Positions 48,185 to 62,662 are shown, counted from the stretch's first letter. The stretch is 64,000 nucleotides of DNA from Octopus vulgaris (GCA_951406725.2 OX597836.1:48422001-48486000); one strand, 5' to 3'. Numbers and translations: made by a program. The notes: a model not told the origin generated them from the sequence alone.

Positions 48185-51139
48185 TGTGTCAAGCATTGAT
48201 TTTGCTAGAAACCATAGCGTTGCATCAATGGCAATGAAGAAGATGTCAGAGTAAAGAGAAACGAATAAGATTGCTGTTGTCTGCTTGAAATCAGCTGACC
48301 AGTACTCAAGGAGATGGGAGGGGGGGAGTCAACAAAAACAGCAACACCAACAAAACAACCATAGTGACAATAACAACATCAACAATGGTGGACAATAACA
48401 AACATTATAAATATACAAAGGTGGGCTGAAAGAGGGGGATTAATAGCTTTTAGTAAAGAGTGGCAGAGAGAAATAGATTGGAGGGGGAGGGGGGGGGGGC
48501 TAGTTAGAAGAATTGATCAGTAAGGGCTTCATGACTGACACACAAAGCAGCAAGAGAAGCCTTTGGCCATTTCTTCAATGTGAAAAATGAAGGCCCAAGT
48601 ATTATAGCTAAAGCCTGTGTCCTAAAGCATGAGGAAGGAAAAACTATCTGATGGAGGCAACGAAATGGCAAGAAACTCATAATCCAGTCTTTGACAGATT
48701 GGGGTGGGGAGTGTTACATCGTCGTTTTGAGGAGATGGGTGTGGTTTCCCAACAGCATTTTGCTTGGTTGTTTGGAGCAGGTGATACACTGGAAACTGGT
48801 AGATTTTAGTACCTACCGTGACTGGTTGCCGAGAGACTTTCAGCAGAAAACACAAGGTTGCACAAAAAGCTGATAACAACCACTGAAACACAGAAGCTGA
48901 TGAGCAGTTGCATCAGGTGCAAATTGTCCAGTTTTTATAGTCTGGCTTTTTGCTGACCTCTGGCTAAACATCACTACAAGTAGCAGCAGAAGAGGAGGAT
49001 TGCAGAACAGACAATGATAAGGGCAGAATTTAAGATTTTGGTCAAGGTTGGCACTTGTCACTGATCAAGTCAGAGCTCAAACAAACACAATCCTCAACAG
49101 GTCCATCCACAACAACCTTCAGCTTATGAAATATATCATTTGCTGGAGGACTACTATGGATAACTTCTAGAAGTGCTTGACCTGGTAGCGCTAGTGAGGG
49201 GCTGTACTGGCTCAAGAAGATCTCTACAGGCGAGGAAGTGCTGTCAGAGTGGCGTTTCCAAGGCGCACACACAAAGAGAATTCATTCTACAGGCACCTGT
49301 TCAGTGCCTGGCTTGTTAGAGCCCTTATTGAGTTTTCCAAGTTTCACTTGAAAAAAGGTGAGGGTGGAGAGAGATGTGTTGCCCTCAGATGAATTATCAA
49401 AAGGTCAGAGTGGTGACAAGATTAGATGAGACTTCTCTAAACCAGTGAGAGGACAGTTAGAAAGGGCATTCTGTCCTTGGTGTTTAGGGCAACTAGCTCT
49501 TCATGGAAGTTCTCCAGTCCCAGGACGGCAGCTTCATCATTTTTCATTATTTGTATACTAAGTACATATGTATTTCCCATTGTTTCTTTCTCATTCGATT
49601 TTTCTATGGAAACACACTGTTTTCATATCTTTGTGATTGTCACCTCACCACACCTTACCTCACCAACCACCACCACCACCACCCTGGTAACAAATAAAAG
49701 AAAATGCCACCACCGCCACCATTTGGTAAGGAAGGATAGGTACTCTTTGTTCTAACTGGTCGCTTTTACAAAAGAAGATGTGTGGCTGACATGACCGGAA
49801 ACTGATGTTTTCCTCTTCAGTCAAGCCATATCCACTTTTGACAAGTTCTGTCTAGAAAACATATGAAGTATTCCCAGAAGGGCAGAGCTTTGGAGCACCC
49901 CTCACATGTCTGTCTTGTTCCAGGAGGTGGGAGAGTTTCTCTGGAATTGAACCTAATGCTTTGATGGGAGTTGCTACAACTTTCACTGTTGTTGTTGGGC
50001 ATTCCCCCACATTCTTTATATCATTTCTAATTACTTGTCAATTAAAAATAATCTGTCTGTCTGTTTGTCTGTCTACCACTTATATATATATACAAACATA
50101 CATAGTAAGACAGAAGAGGAAAACATAGTAAGTCAAACCTTGCTAAAACTGACCTCGCCTGCGCTTGTGTCATATAAAAAGCACCAAGTCCACTTTGCTG
50201 AGTGGTTGGGGTTAGAAAGGGCATCCAGCTATAAAAATCCTGCCAAAACAGTCACAGAAGTCTGGTGCAGGCTTTGGCTTGGCTGGCTCTTGTGGTACCA
50301 TCCCACCCATGCTAGCATGGAACATGGACATTAATTGATAATGATGTATACATACAGAATGCAAAATTTTCTAATGATGCCCTCAGAGATAAGTGCTGGG
50401 TAATATCCATTATTCCACTTATCACATCCTCCACCAAACTCTACATGTATCCCTACTCCACACTTGTTATTCACTCCATTTGATACAAACTTAAACAAGT
50501 GAGACTGTCCCTCTTTCTATGATCTTTAATGCAAATTGTTTTAACCCTTTAACTGCAAAATTAAATTTCATGGTTATTCCAGTAATGATATTAAATATCT
50601 ACCAAAAAACAGAATTGGTATTTTCTACAAGTCACGTTGTCTCCATAAACTTGACATATCTCAAGAGAAAATAGTTTCAAAACATGATGACATTTCTCAA
50701 CAAAAAAATAGATTGGTATATAAAACTGGTTTCTGAGGGAGGACAACAAACCTTATCAGCCCACAGAGTAAAATTTCATGTAGAAAGGCAGCAAACAAAA
50801 CAAAAAAGATAGGACAATGACAGTACCTGAATGAGATTGAACGGAAGGCAAGTTCAAAGAGACAGCTGAGTTAAACAAAAATCAATGGGAAATATGAGAG
50901 ACAAAAAGAGAGATGTTTTGAGGAGTGTCAACAACCAGACTTGTAGCACAACAATATTGCGTCACTGGTGCATGGCACTCCTAAATATTACGACTCTACT
51001 GTTTCTCTTAAAAGTATCCACGTGTACTTCATATCTGTTATTTCCATGTATTTTTCTTTAATATGATAGAGAGAGAGTGCAAAGAAAACTGGCTACTACT
51101 TCTAGTAAGTCAAGAAATTACATTGAAGCTTCTCTTACT

Positions 51140-51515
51140 CTTTTACTTGTTTCAGTCATTTGACTGTGGCCATGCTGGGGCACCGCCTTTAGTCGAGCAA
51201 ATCGACCCCAGGACTTATTCTTTGTAAGCCTAGTACTTATTCTATCAGTCTCTATTGCCAAACTGCTAAGTTACAGGGACGTAAACACACTAGCATTGGT
51301 TGTAAGCGATGTTGAGGGGGGTGGGGGCAAACACAGACACACAGACACATATATATACATGTATAGAACAGGCTTCTTTCAGTTTCCGTCTACCAAATCC
51401 ACTTACAAGGCTTTGGTTGGCTCGAGGCTAGTAGAAAACACTTGCCCAAGGTGCCACGCAGTGGGAGTGAACCCGGAACCACGTGGTTGGTAAGCAAGCT
51501 ACTTACCACACAGCC
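51140..51515 (-). mobile_element. SINE family A
   Basis: Reverse complement of the 16694-17092 sequence. Confidence 0.88.
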
Positions 51516-51541
51516 TCTTGGTGACTAATAATAATAATAAT

Positions 51542-51910
51542 AACAAGAGAGCACTCAGAGAGTACAAACCTCCACCAAGGCAACACTAATGTCCTCTCAA
51601 TGATTAGCCAGAGAGGATTTTTAAAATGGAAATATCTGAAATAAACTCGACTGCTCTCACAAATGAGAATACTAAAAAGGAACCTGACTGCTCTCAAAAA
51701 TTAAGTAAAGAAAGAGGAAAAATAATTCAGAATCCTTGTCTGGTACCAGATCAATCCCAAAATCTAATCAGTTTGTGCTAGTCAAGAGGCCAAACATCCC
51801 TGAAAGTTTCATCTGAATCCATCCAGCGGTTTTTGAGATATCTTGTCCATGGACAAACAAACAAATGTGATTGAAAACATTACCTCCACCTTCGCTAAGG
51901 CAGAGATAAT
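51542..51910. mobile_element. Helentron-associated (HINE/DINE-1-like) non-autonomous element
   Basis: AACAAGAG start, AAAGTTTCAT..GAATCCATCCA..TTTTTGAGATATC core, (ACAA)n, and terminal hairpin ACCTCCACCTT-cgct-AAGGCAGAGAT. Inserted in (TAA)n. Confidence 0.65.
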
Positions 51911-52572
51911 AATGATAATCTATTCTACTGTAGGCACAAGGCCAGGGATATTAGGGACGGGGTTATGTCAATCAATCCCAGTTTTCAATTAGTACTTAAT
52001 TTTAACGACCCTTGAAAGGATAAGAGACAAAGTTAGCTTAGGTAGAATTTGAGCTTAGAATGTAGACAGACGAAATGCTGCCAAGCATTTTGTTCAGCAA
52101 GCTGAGGGTTGTTCCAGTTAACCCTGACGCCGCCGCCGACAATAATAATAATCCTTTCTATTGAAGGTACAAGGCCTGAAATTTGGGAGGAGGCGACCAG
52201 TCAATTATATCAGCTCCAGTGTTCAACTGGTATTTGTTTTATCAACCCTGAAAGGATGTAAAGCTAAGTCAACCTTGGCAGAATTTGAATTCAGAATGTA
52301 GCAACAGGCAAAATAATGCTAAGCATTTCACCCGGTATGCTAACGATTCTACCAGATCACTGCCTTAATAATAATAATAATCCTTTCTACTAAAGGCACA
52401 AGGCCTGAAATTTTTTGGGTGATGGGGAAAGTTGATTACATCGACCCCCAATACTCAACTGGTACTTAATTTAATGACCCTGAAAAGATGAAAAGCAAAG
52501 TTGATCTCAGTGGAATTTGAATTCAGAGCACAAAGACAGATGAAATGCTGTGAAGCATTTTGTCAGGAGTGC

Positions 52573-52607
<35 letters not shown>

Positions 52608-52616
52608 CAATAATAA

Positions 52617-52790
52617 TAGAATATCTTGTAGAGCTTCTCCAGAAAGTTTACCTCTTAGGGACAAGAAAGATTATCAGGTGGGTTCTAAGTACTTGAAAGA
52701 CTATTGAATGCCAGTGGATACCCAAGGTTACAGTTAGTAACCAGCTACCCATGTAAATTCTATCAGAAATAGGACTTAGCCGGAGTCATA
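52617..52790 (+). mobile_element. R4/Dong-like RLE LINE 3' fragment
   Basis: VELLQKVYLLGTRKIIRWVLST* plus a shared 3'UTR, flanked by (TAA)n on both sides. Confidence 0.7.
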
Positions 52791-54242
52791 ACGATAATAA
52801 TAATAATAATAATGACATTGACCCCAGGACTTGACTGGTCTTTATTTTATCAACCTTGAAAGGATGAAAGGCAAAGTCAACCTCAGCAGAAATTGAACTC
52901 AGAACATAGAGACAGACAAAATGGTGCTAAGCATTATGTTTGGCATGCTTATGATTCTGCCAATAATAATAATAATAAGTCTAATTTTGGAACAAGACTT
53001 GCAAATTTGAGAGGGGAGGGTCTGATTACACTGTTCCCTCCCTCCCTCACCACTGTATTTGACTGGGATTTTATTTTATTCATCTTGAAAGGATGAAAGG
53101 CAAGTTGACCATGGCAGGATTTGAAGATAGAACAGGGTTGATAAAATAAATGGCAGTCAAGTACTGGGGGTCAACGTCATAGACTTACCGCCCTACTCTA
53201 AAATTGCTGGCCTTGTGCCCAAAATTTGAAAACTTTATTATTGATGTTGCTGTTGTTATTGTGTTGGAAAGGTAACTTTATTTGTGCTCCAGTCTTTATT
53301 TGTTTCTCAAAAACTAGATTACTATGCATGTGTCTTATTGAAAGTGTCACCTCAAGCCAATGAGGGTTTTTATTTAAAAAAAAAAAATATTTATCTTTCT
53401 TCTGTCGTATTTATGAAAGGAAAAAAAAAACCTTTTGCAAATAACTTCTTCACTAGGTGACATTCACAGCAAAATGTCAACCAGATAGACGTATCCGCCC
53501 TGTTCAACAATCCAAATACATTTGTACAGATATCACGCAAAAATTGAAAAGATTATAAATATAAAACAGGATCATGTCAACAATAAACAACCATGTTGAG
53601 GGTGTTACTGACATAAACAAGAGTTTATGTGAAGACAGCAACAACAACAACAGAAACACTACCAACATAGCCTTTCACACACACAGGTCTGCAAAATGTC
53701 ACATCTAAAGGTGAGATTCTTGTTTTGAGCAGGTTCCTGTTGGAGATGCCAGTTTGGCATGACTGTATTTTAATTCTCTCTGCTTTCTCCAAGAGTTGGA
53801 AAGAAGGAAGTTGATGAACCTATGTTTCAAACAAATATACCCTCAAAAATGAACCGAAACAGGCACCAGACAATGTAAGGGACCGTATTTTGTCTACTGA
53901 ATGAGGTGAAAACGTATAGCACTGCCTGCCTGCTTTATGGGACTAAGGACAAAGCTTTGAGACAGGCTGTAGTGGTAAGCACCATACCTGCTATACACTT
54001 GCTTCATGCTACAAGAGGCAACACAAGAGAATGGTTTGGGGTATAGCCAGTGGCATTAACCTCAAACATGCCTTTTGAGCTTCAATGATTTGAAACGGAT
54101 TTTGACATCAGACATTTTATTGCTTTGCTTCTCCACTCCCATCTTTGTCTCTCGCTTTATGCCTGAGAGGAGATGGAAAGTGTTATGTCAATCATGTTCA
54201 ATTAATAAACTGTAATCTCTTTCTCTCTTACCAGTCTATTTC

Positions 54243-54278
<36 letters not shown>

Positions 54279-54281
54279 TGA

Positions 54282-54317
<36 letters not shown>

Positions 54318-55479
54318 GCGCGCGCGCATTTGCCTCCAGTGCCAAAACACCCTGTCAAGAGAACGGGTTGAAGGTCCAGTCAGCTGCGTGAAATCACCAG
54401 TGTCGGAACTGCTGCAGCCGACTGCCTTATTCTGTTTATTTTGTTGCATAATATAGACAGGTTGTGAAACTACATTTCATTAGGAGATGTCAATAGGGAC
54501 CTAAAAATCCTTATGACCGTCACAAAACCACAAGGCCAGTGACGAAGAAGAGCAGAAGACCCAACCATTACACTTGTGGCACCAAGAATCACTTTGAGTG
54601 TTTTCGACCTCTAGGGGTCATGAAATACAAAAGATGACAACAACCACAACAGGGTCTAGAGGTAACCATTCCAACAGCACCATTGATCAAAGATTCAGAA
54701 TTGGTGGAAGATATTACCTCATAGGGGCTCACTAGGAGGTCACAGGACCCATTCCCTCAAGCCATGGCTAACATTGATGGAGAGGGAGGGATGAGCGGTG
54801 CCCTGACAGAAACAACAGCAGTAAACCTTAGTCTTTACAAAGCTAACCATCAGAACCAGCATCATTCTGTCTTGTGATGCGGGAGTGGGGGGTGATGAGA
54901 AAAAAGGTTTCCAAACAATATGGAAGAGTGTAAAGAAGGAAAAAGATGAGGACCCCCACCAAAACAGAAAGAGTAAACCCTCCAAAGAACAACGGTGCCC
55001 TTTTCTTAGAACTATTATCAATTTATTGTCCTTCAAAGATCAAGCTGGGACCTCATACTCAGAATCACAGATTTATGGAGTAAGGGGAAATTGAGATGAA
55101 TATGTTAATTCCTGGTTCAGAGGAAAAACCGGGGTCAGAAGATAGGAGACACTTAAAAGACAGGATGGAGGCAAAAATAATAGGAAAGTGTTGCAATGAA
55201 GTAAAATATATCCGAAGGATATTAGTTGTTTCCTCTTTCACCCACTCACAAAATGTTAATGGATTATTTCGGATGTAGAATACTGTAGTGTGAACAATGT
55301 TGGTGAGCAAGCAACGACATGAGTGACCAAGTGGTGGTGACCAACTTAACTCTTTCATACTCATGGGCATTTTCCAATTTTAATTACTGTGTTTTTATAC
55401 TTTTTATTTATTCCATCCAACTATTTGTTTTTTGTTTCTTTTTTTTTTAATTTTTAATTTGTATTCACTTTAATTACTC

Positions 55480-55874
55480 TTTTTACTCTTTTAGTTGTTT
55501 CAGTCATTTGACTGCGGCCATGCTGGAACACTGCCTTTAATCGAGCAACTCGACCCTGGGACTTATTCTTTGTAAGCCCAGTACTTATTCTATTGGTCTC
55601 TTTTGCTGAACCGCTAAGTGACGGGGACGTAAACACACCAGCAATGCTAGGGGGACAAACACAGACACACAAACATATACACACACACTTATATATATAT
55701 ATACATATATACGACAGGCTTCTTTCAGTTTCCGTCTACCAAATCCCTTCACAAGGCATTGGTCAGCCCGAGGCTACAGTAGAAGACACTTGCCCAAGGT
55801 GCCATGCAGTGGGACTGAACCCAGAACCATGTGGTTGGTAAACAAGCTACTTACCACACAGCCACTCCTGTGCC
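55480..55874 (-). mobile_element. SINE family A, full-length
   Basis: Near-identical reverse complement of 16694-17092. Confidence 0.9.
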
Positions 55875-56144
55875 TATTTTGTATTTAATTGTATAACATT
55901 TTTTACTCTCTCTTTGGCATTGGAAAACTTGTGTTTTCCATTCATTTGTAAGTCACCTGTTCAATGTATTTTGGCCAGCCCTTGAGACTAATAATGAAAA
56001 GATTGTTACTACCATCCTCCTTCTCCTCCTCATTTAGGTGGAGAGCAGGCAGAATTGGTAGCATGCTGGACAAAATGCTGAGTTCAAATCCTACCGAGGT
56101 GCACTTTGTCTTTCATCCTTTCAAGGCTCAATGAAATAAGTACC

Positions 56145-56375
56145 TATTTCTTTACTACCCAGAAGGGGCTAAACATAGAGGGGACAAACAAGGACAGACA
56201 TAGGTATTAAGTCGATTACATCGACCCCAGTGCATAACTGGTACTTTATTTATCGACCCCGAAAGGATGAAAGGCAAAGTCGACCTCGGCGGAATTTGAA
56301 CTCACAACGTAACGACAGACGAAATACGGCTACGCATTTCGCCTGGCGTGCTAACGTTTCTGCCAGCTTGCCGCC
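56145..56375 (-). mobile_element. SINE family B, young copy nested in an older opposite-strand copy
   Basis: Reverse complement of 20554-20780. It interrupts a plus-strand copy at its ATGAAATAAGTAC motif, which is present on both sides. Confidence 0.8.
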
Positions 56376-56494
56376 TTTTATGAAATAAGTACTAGTTGAA
56401 CAGTGGGGTTGATATAATTGGCCAACCCCTCCTTCCCGCAAGATTTCAGGCCTGGTGCCAAAAGTAGAAAGGATATTACTTCTTATCATCATCG

Positions 56495-56547
<53 letters not shown>

Positions 56548-57255
56548 GCAGTGAGATGGCAGAATTGTTAGCACGCTGGACAACATGTTTAGTAGTATAT
56601 CTTCTGGCTTTTTATGCTCGGAGTTCAAATTCTACCTTGGTTGACTAAGCCTTTCATCCTCTCAGGTCTTGATGAAATAAGTACCAGTTACATACTGGGG
56701 TTGATGAAATCAATTTACTGCCTCCCACAAATTTCAGGATCTCTGCCTATAGTAGAAAGGATCATTATTATTATTATTATTATTATCACCAAGGCAGTGA
56801 GCTAAGCAGAATTGTTGGTGCGTCAGACAAAATGCTTAGCAGTGGTGCTTCTAGCTCATTACATTCTGAGTTCAAATCCCACCAAGATTAACTTTGCTTT
56901 TCATCTTTGGAGGGAAAATAAAATAAAGTATCAGTTAAGTACTGGAATTGATATAACCGAGTAACACCCCCCCCCCCCCCACACCTTGGCTTCGTACCAA
57001 ACTTTGAAACAATCTAAAATCTAGTTTGATAGAAACTTCTTTCAGAATTCCTATTTTGTTTCGCACACATTAACTTGCAGAGATTGAATGCTGTAAAACG
57101 CCAGAGAGGGAAACTGAGCTGTTTCTTTCGATATGTACATCTAAAGCAAAAGTTTCTCAGGGGCCCTCAAAAAAACTATTGAGGCTCCACAATTTACTAT
57201 TTTGTTGTATGGACCTTCAGGGGCCATATGGATCCCCAGTTCAGAACCACTGATG

Positions 57256-57450
57256 TAGACAAATGGTTGAAGGAGATTGGAATTGAATGCCAGGTAGAAC
57301 TCCTACAGAAACTTTGTCTCTTAGGGACAGCAAGGACTATCAGGAAGGTTCTAAGCACTTGAAAGACTATTGAAAACTTGTGGATACCTAAGGTAGTAAC
57401 CTGCAACCCACATAAATCCTACCAGGAATAAGACTAAACCTAAGTTAAAC
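57256..57450 (+). mobile_element. R4/Dong-like RLE LINE 3' fragment
   Basis: DKWLKEIGIECQVELLQKLCLLGTARTIRKVLST*, the LQK.CLLGTAR.IRKVL C-terminal signature of R4-clade elements. Confidence 0.8.
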
Positions 57451-58439
57451 CAAATAACAACAACAACGATGGTTTCAAATTTTGTCACAAGGGCAGCAAT
57501 TTTGGGAGAGGGGATGAGTCGATTACATCGACCCCAGTGTTCAACTGGTACTTATTTTATTGACCCCTGAAAGGATGAAAGGCAAAGTCAACCTCAGCGA
57601 AATTTGAACTCAGAACGTAGCAACAGGTGAAATACTGCTAAGCATTTCATGCAGTGCACTAATGATTCTGCCAGCTCAGCGCCTTAATAATAATAAAAAT
57701 AATAATTATGTTTTACCTAGCTCTATTTATAAACATCCCTTTTTGCATGCTCTGAATGATGATTCTATGGTTAGATGAGCTAAAAATAAATGAATGAATA
57801 AAAGAGGATCTATGATGAGCTTATGGGCCTGATGCAATTTTGGGTGAAATGTTTTCATTCTCATTAACACCCCTCCCCTATCCCCTGCTCCAAACCACTG
57901 AATCATCTTTAGAAAAAGTTGACATGGGAGTGGAGGTCATAGTTGAAATATTTTAAGTAATGTGGAAAGCGAGGACAGGGAATGATTTCTGTGTGAGAGA
58001 GAAATAGAGAGAAAGTGAGAGAGAGAGAGAATGATTTAACTAAGTGGCGGTGGTGGTGGGGAGGAAGGAGAGATAAAATGTTATAAAAAAAAGAAGCAAA
58101 ATGAAATATGGAAAATGGGGGATGGTGTGAGAGGAGGATAAGTTCAAGGAAACAAATCTGATGAAATCTAATAATAGGCACACCTATAATTTCGTGTTCC
58201 TTGCATATTGGTAACATGGACATTAACCACAATGATGGTAATTGTAATGATAATAATAGCTGGTGAGGTTGGAAGAGGGAGGTCAAAGGCCACTTGCTAT
58301 AGTGACAGTGAGGGTTCTAGACTTAGTGGAATGGTAGGGATGGTAGGGGCTAAACTGTCACAATGTGTAGGGGGCAGAGGTCAACTGGTAAAAGTCAATC
58401 TCAAGTTCTCAGACTTCATATACACAGATATGTTCATCC

Positions 58440-58474
<35 letters not shown>

Positions 58475-58571
58475 TATGTTATATATCATCATTATAATCA
58501 TTTAGTAGCCATATTCCATGCTGACACACATATACACTTTTACTATATAATATATACAGTATACACATACA

Positions 58572-58610
<39 letters not shown>

Positions 58611-59198
58611 TATACACACACACACATATATATATATGTGAGGTTATAATTTGGGCACCTTGAAGAATTTTATTCAAACAAAACAACCCCTGTACTTTTA
58701 AGCCTGGTACTAATTCTATTGGTCTAAGTTACAGGGATGTAAACACACAGACACTGGTTGTCAAGTGATGGTGTGGGACAAACACAGTGACACACACACA
58801 CACAGGTACACACAACAGGTTTCTTTTAGTCTCCATCAAATGAACTAAATCCACTCACAGTAATTTGGTCAGGCCGAGGCTGTAGCAGAAGACACTTGCC
58901 CAAGGTGCCACGCAGTGGGACTGAACCAGGAACCATGTGGTTGGGAAGCAAACTTGTCACCACACGGCAAAACCCGTGCCTGATATACACATATATATTT
59001 AAAATATCTTTGTTTCAGGCATTAGACTGCCCATGCTGGGGCAGCACCTTGAAGGAATTTACTTGAACGAATCAACCCCAGTACTGACCCGTTTTTGTAA
59101 AACCTGACACTTATTCTATCGATCACATTTGCTGAACTGCTAAGTTATGGGGGATGTAAACACACCAACACCTGTAGTCAAGCAGTGGTGGGAGTCAA

Positions 59199-59229
<31 letters not shown>

Positions 59230-59739
59230 ACGGTCTTCTTTTAGTTTCCATCTGCCGAATCCACCGTCAAGGCTTTGGTCTGCCTGGGGCTATAGCAGAA
59301 GACACTTGCCTTGAACTCAGAACCATGTGAGTGGAAAGCAAGCTTCTTACCACACAGCCATGCTTGTGCCCATGTTGAAATAACTTTATTATTTGAATGC
59401 ATTTTAAGTTAGTCAGATGGTTTAGTGATGTTGTCTGTGGTACTTGACAATCTGAGTTCAAATGCTGGCGGGGTCAATTTTGCCTTTCGTCCTTTCAGGG
59501 TGTGTGTGTGTAATATAATAAGTGCCAATTGAGCAATGGGATTGATATAATCAACTGGCCCCTCCCCTCAAAATTGCTGACCTTGTAACAAAACTAGAAA
59601 GAATTATTTTAAGGCACTTTTAAAGATAATAAAAGAGTGCTTACTGATGGCGTGCCTTCACATTGAAGGTAGAGTCGAATTAATAACGAAGCTCATTGGG
59701 ACATGACAACACTTGCCTGTGTACACACACACAGACACA

Positions 59740-59954
59740 AAGGGGTGCTGAAAAGTTCCTGGCTTTGGGTAAAAGAAAGGACAGGAAGATCAGTCAATTT
59801 GGATTTTATGCAACATATTCTCCTCTCAGATTCACACACTTATTGCAGCGGTCCTTCAGTTTTTCTAAGCCCTGTAAAAGAACTCAGAAGGTTGGGTCTC
59901 CAACAAGGTCTCTCACAATACCCTTAAAGCCAGGAACTTTTCAGCAGCCCCTCA
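59740..59954. mobile_element. Tc1/mariner-like MITE
   Basis: TIR AGGGGTGCTGAAAAGTTCCTGGCTTT / AAAGCCAGGAACTTTTCAGCAGCCCCT. Confidence 0.82.
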
Positions 59955-59979
59955 TATATATATATATATATATATATAC

Positions 59980-60146
59980 TCCTTTACTTGTTTCAGTCAT
60001 TTGACTGAGCAAATCGACCCCAGGACTTATTCTATCGGTCTCTTTTGCCAAACCGCTAAGTGACGGTGACGTAAACACACCAGCATCGGTTGTCAAGCAA
60101 TGCTAGGGGGACAAACACGGACACACAAACAAACACGGACACACAA

Positions 60147-60187
<41 letters not shown>

Positions 60188-60358
60188 CATATATACGACG
60201 GGCTTCTTTCAGTTTCCATCTACTAAATCCATTCACAAGGCTTTGGTCGGCCCGAGGCTATAGTAGAAGACACTTGCCCAAGATGCCACGCAGTGGGCCT
60301 GAACCCGGAATCATGTGGTTGGTAAGCAAGCTACTTACCACACAGCCACTCCTGCACC
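59980..60358 (-). mobile_element. SINE family A
   Basis: Reverse complement of the family A sequence with a small internal deletion. Confidence 0.88.
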
Positions 60359-60381
60359 TATATATTTTATATATATATATA

Positions 60382-61385
60382 CTAGCATTAAAGACCCGTC
60401 GTTGCCGGGTCATAGTGCTAGTGCATATATATATGTGTATATATATGTGTACATATTACATGTACATTTATATATATATACATCTACACATAAAATACAA
60501 AATACAAAGTTATATCTTGATATCGCTAGCGATAACAACACTCAAAATATATAACAGACTGGAATTGTAAGCCCGTCTCTTGTAATTTCGATCAATTGTA
60601 TCTTGTCCTCCCTCTTGTATAAAAGTGTGGCTACAATCCAGCCTACCTCTACTTCTGGGGGTGGGGGGGCATTTAAACTTTTTCCGGGACGTCCTACGTC
60701 CCAGATATAAAGGTAAAAATGAAATATTTCCACTTTGCAAGTTTGAGTCGAGTACTCACTTGCACGCTCCGTTGACTCGAACCTTGCTTCTATTGTGGCA
60801 AATTTACCGCTTCTGATTAGATGTCTTTCATAGTCGCAACAAGACACTTTTCGAAGGTGCTTCCCTCCATGTATTCAAATCTTCTTTTTTCTCTACATTG
60901 TATACTTTATAGACAATAGTCTTTCCTTTAATTTAATTTTTTATTATCCATCTGGACTATTCCATTACTGCACGCTAATTTTATTTTTAATTTATTCCCA
61001 TTCATGTGAAACCACTTATTCAAGTTCAAGTCATTGATGCAATTTTATACCAATTGCTATTTTAATTTTTTTTTATGTTACAATTATATTATACTTTAGT
61101 TTGATTTTAATTATTACTTACGACATATAATTCAATTGTTATTATTTTTATTGTTAAAGTGAAAGTATCTGGCATAAAATAGAGAAATGTTTTTGTTTCA
61201 CTTTTAACACGTAATACTGAAATAGTGAAGATATGATATTGCTATGGGCAAGAAGTTGAACTTTTTTTGCCCATGAAACTACATGGACCCTAAGTAAGGT
61301 ATAAAATTTGAATGAAATTGGTTGTGTAGTTCTCAAGTTTTAGGGAAACACAGACAGACACACATTCTCAGTTTTATATATATAA

Positions 61386-61388
<3 letters not shown>
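60382..61388 (-). mobile_element. Non-autonomous Helitron
   Basis: Minus strand begins A|TC (TCTTTATATATATAAAA) at 61388. It ends with hairpin GACCCG-gcaacga-CGGGTC (60411-60393), 7 nt before CTAG|T at 60385-60382. A-T target, no TSD. Confidence 0.85.
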
Positions 61389-61447
<59 letters not shown>

Positions 61448-61467
61448 ACAAATATATAGATAAACTG

Positions 61468-61501
<34 letters not shown>

Positions 61502-61989
61502 GCACAAGTAATCACCACTGCAAGGTGAATAGAGAATGAAAGCGGTTTAACAGCCATGTCTATTGGAACTGGTTCTGGCAGAGCATCATTTGAGCTGAAT
61601 ATCAGGAAACTTTAGTGGTCATCCCAAATCAATACTGTTATACTGTTTCCCTGGATCATCTTATAATTACCGATTACATAAGAACTTCTGTTAATCCTAC
61701 ACTGTCTGCTTGCATAGATTCTTACTAGTCTGTTATTATTGCCAGCAGGATATTCCATTTGTTCCAATAGTGACCAGTTGTAGAATTAAATGCTGTACAT
61801 TCTGCTGACACAGCACACGTGTTTCTGGTCAAATATGAGACAAGGGTGAGGGCTGAAATTTCTCACTGAATGTTAAAATGAGTGGGAAAAACTCGATTTT
61901 TAGAATTTCTGATAATGGACAAGAAGTTTGTACATTGAAATTTACATGAATTTAGAAACAATAAAAGCTAAATAATAATAATAATAATT

Positions 61990-62212
61990 GCAAACAGTAA
62001 GTCAAGATATAGACAAATGGCTGAAGGAGATTGAAATAGAATTCCCAGTGGAGTTCCTGCAGAAGGTTTACCTGTTAGGGACAACAAGGATTATCAGGAG
62101 GGTTCTAAGCCCTTGAAAGACTGCCTGAAATGTGTGGATACCTAAGGTTATAGGTAGTAACCTGCTACCCACATAGATCCAACCAAAAGTAAGACTAAAA
62201 CTGAAGTTTGTT
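61990..62212 (+). mobile_element. R4/Dong-like RLE LINE 3' fragment
   Basis: TVSQDIDKWLKEIEIEFPVEFLQKVYLLGTTRIIRRVLSP*, flanked by (TAA)n. Confidence 0.75.
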
Positions 62213-62219
62213 TTAATAA

Positions 62220-62612
62220 TGGTTTCAAATTTTGCTACAAGGGTAGCAACTTTGGGGTGGGGATGAGTTGATTACATCGACCCCAGTGTTCAACTGGTAC
62301 TTATTTTATTGACCCCCGAAAGGATGAAAGGCAAAGTCGACCTCGGCGGAATTTGAACTCAGAACGTAACGGCAGACGAAATACCTATTTCTTTACTACC
62401 CACAAGGGACTAAACACAGAGGGGACAAACAAGGACAGACAAACGGATTAAGTCGATTATATCGACCACAGTGCGTAACTGGTACTTATTTAATTGACCT
62501 CGAAAGGATGAAAGGCAAAGTCAACCTCGGCGGAATTTGAACTCAGAACGTAGTAGCAGATGAAATACTGCTAAGCATTTCACCTGGCGTGCTAACGTTT
62601 CTGCCAGTTTGC
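62220..62612 (-). mobile_element. SINE family B, head-to-tail partial dimer
   Basis: Two consecutive Meta-like cores (about 62270-62385 and 62450-62610). Confidence 0.8.
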
Positions 62613-62662
62613 ATGGCAGGCGAACAATTCTGCCAACTCGCTGTCTTTGTTTCAATAATAAT

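Noticed and set aside
48600-50000. Unique-looking region tested as upstream REXO1 exons
   Set aside because: Minus-strand frames are short and interrupted by stops, and no REXO1-like motif was found.
54228-54449. Minus-strand ORF ending at a GTAAG donor-like site
   Set aside because: It runs through (CA)n/(TC)n repeats, and there is no supporting promoter or homology evidence.
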